64,000 bases of DNA from Haliotis rufescens. Its lineage: Eukaryota. The notes under the pieces were generated by a model that saw only the letters and a program-made list of their open reading frames with translations, was not told where the DNA came from and ran no database searches. This document shows positions 63,983-64,000 of the stretch, one piece after another; the stretch's first letter is position 1, and every line of letters starts with the position of its first letter. The stretch lies in NCBI RefSeq assembly GCF_023055435.1, contig NW_025963835.1:3720001-3784000 (forward strand), given 5' to 3'. The position numbers and the translations under genes are program-made.

Positions 63983-64000
63983 ATTCCAATGTCTCCATAC

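Overview
Eukaryotic, AT-rich, repeat-dense and almost entirely non-coding DNA (large intron or intergenic region) with a 155-nt N gap at 32916-33070. The SINE repertoire (Meta-domain and RUDI/V-like tails) points to a mollusc, most like abalone; this is inference. No complete protein-coding gene, true tRNA/rRNA or CRISPR array is supported, and the long ORFs in the track are translations of minisatellites or SINEs. Four SINE-like retroposon families dominate (A, C, D with tRNA-like Pol III heads; B without). A, B and D share one 3' tail and many copies have TSDs. DNA-type elements include a MULE-like MITE with 9-bp TSDs, an AcademH-like TAG...CTA family with 9-bp TSDs, an internally deleted mariner, a CTG-TSD MITE whose empty site is also in the window, and a 4-bp-TSD element. 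There are two LINE 3' fragments and seven minisatellite or low-complexity arrays. The best candidate for novel biology is family B: about 17 copies of a retroposon with no A/B boxes, a sharply fixed 5' end, and a head that can fold into a compact pseudoknotted three-way junction (candidate ribozyme or self-processing head). Coordinates of degenerate copies are approximate (about +/-10 bp).
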